A stretch of DNA of 64,000 bases. Source: Octopus sinensis. Lineage: Eukaryota. The stretch is from assembly GCF_006345805.1 (NCBI RefSeq), contig NC_043001.1:75020001-75084000 (forward strand), read 5' to 3'. Below are positions 63,448 through 64,000 of this stretch, one piece after another. The notes under the pieces are model-generated. The model did no database searches. It worked only from the letters and a program-made list of their open reading frames with translations, and had not been told where the DNA came from. Both the position numbers and the translations under genes were made by a program. How positions within the stretch are numbered: the first letter of the stretch is position 1; the number at the start of each line of letters is the position of its first letter.

Positions 63448-64000
63448 TAAGGCGGTGAGCTGGTAGAATTATTAGCACGGTCTTTCGTCTGCTGCTATGT
63501 TCTGAGTTCAAATTCCGCCGAGGTCGACTTTACCTTTCATCCTTTCGGGGTCGATAAATTAAGTACCTGTTGAGTACAGAGGTCGATGTAATCGACTATC
63601 CGCCCCCACCAAATTTCAGGCCTTGTGCCTATAATAGAATATTCCCGGTGACACGTTGTGTCTTTGAGCAAGGCATTTAATTTCACTCTGCTCCAGTCCA
63701 CTCAACTGACAAAAATGAGTAGTACCTGTATTTCAAAGGGTCAGCCTTTCCACACTCTGCATCACGCTGAATCTATCTGAGAACTACGTTAGGGTTACAC
63801 GTATCTGTGGAGTGCTCAGCCACTTGCACTTTGATTTCACGTGCAAGCTGTTCCGTTGATCGTGTCAGCTATGTCACCTTACGATCGTGAGCCGAATGCC
63901 CTAACCCCTAAGCCACGCGCCTTCGTGAGTGGATTTGGTAGATGGAAACTGAAAGAAGCCCGTCGTATATATGTATATATATATATGTGTTTGTGTGTCT

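Overview
Eukaryotic, AT-rich, microsatellite- and SINE-dense animal DNA; the repeat families suggest an octopod cephalopod (Octopus-like), which is an inference. Two convergent multi-exon genes were assembled by hand from splice sites and reading-frame phase. (1) On + are the last 19 coding exons (1204-31525, about 885 aa) of nuclear pore membrane glycoprotein 210 (Nup210/gp210), including its transmembrane helix and Ser/Pro-rich tail ending LWSVEN*. (2) On - are the last 9 coding exons (63207-45174, about 416 aa) of a scavenger-receptor cysteine-rich (SRCR) protein with four two-exon group A domains, no visible TM or catalytic domain, and a 5' end outside the window. Introns and the intergenic gap hold several tRNA-derived SINE families, RTE LINE relics, pogo and mariner relics, hAT/piggyBac/mariner-type MITEs, Helitrons and Penelope-like fold-backs with hammerhead-like motifs. 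Almost all supplied short ORFs are microsatellite or repeat noise. I found no convincing wholly new biological system. The best leads are a fold-back carrying paired hammerhead-like cores, a perfect 88-bp-arm palindrome, a pre-miRNA-like hairpin, an RT-deleted RTE element, an odd-cysteine SRCR domain and a CpG-depletion boundary suggesting a long Nup210 3' UTR.
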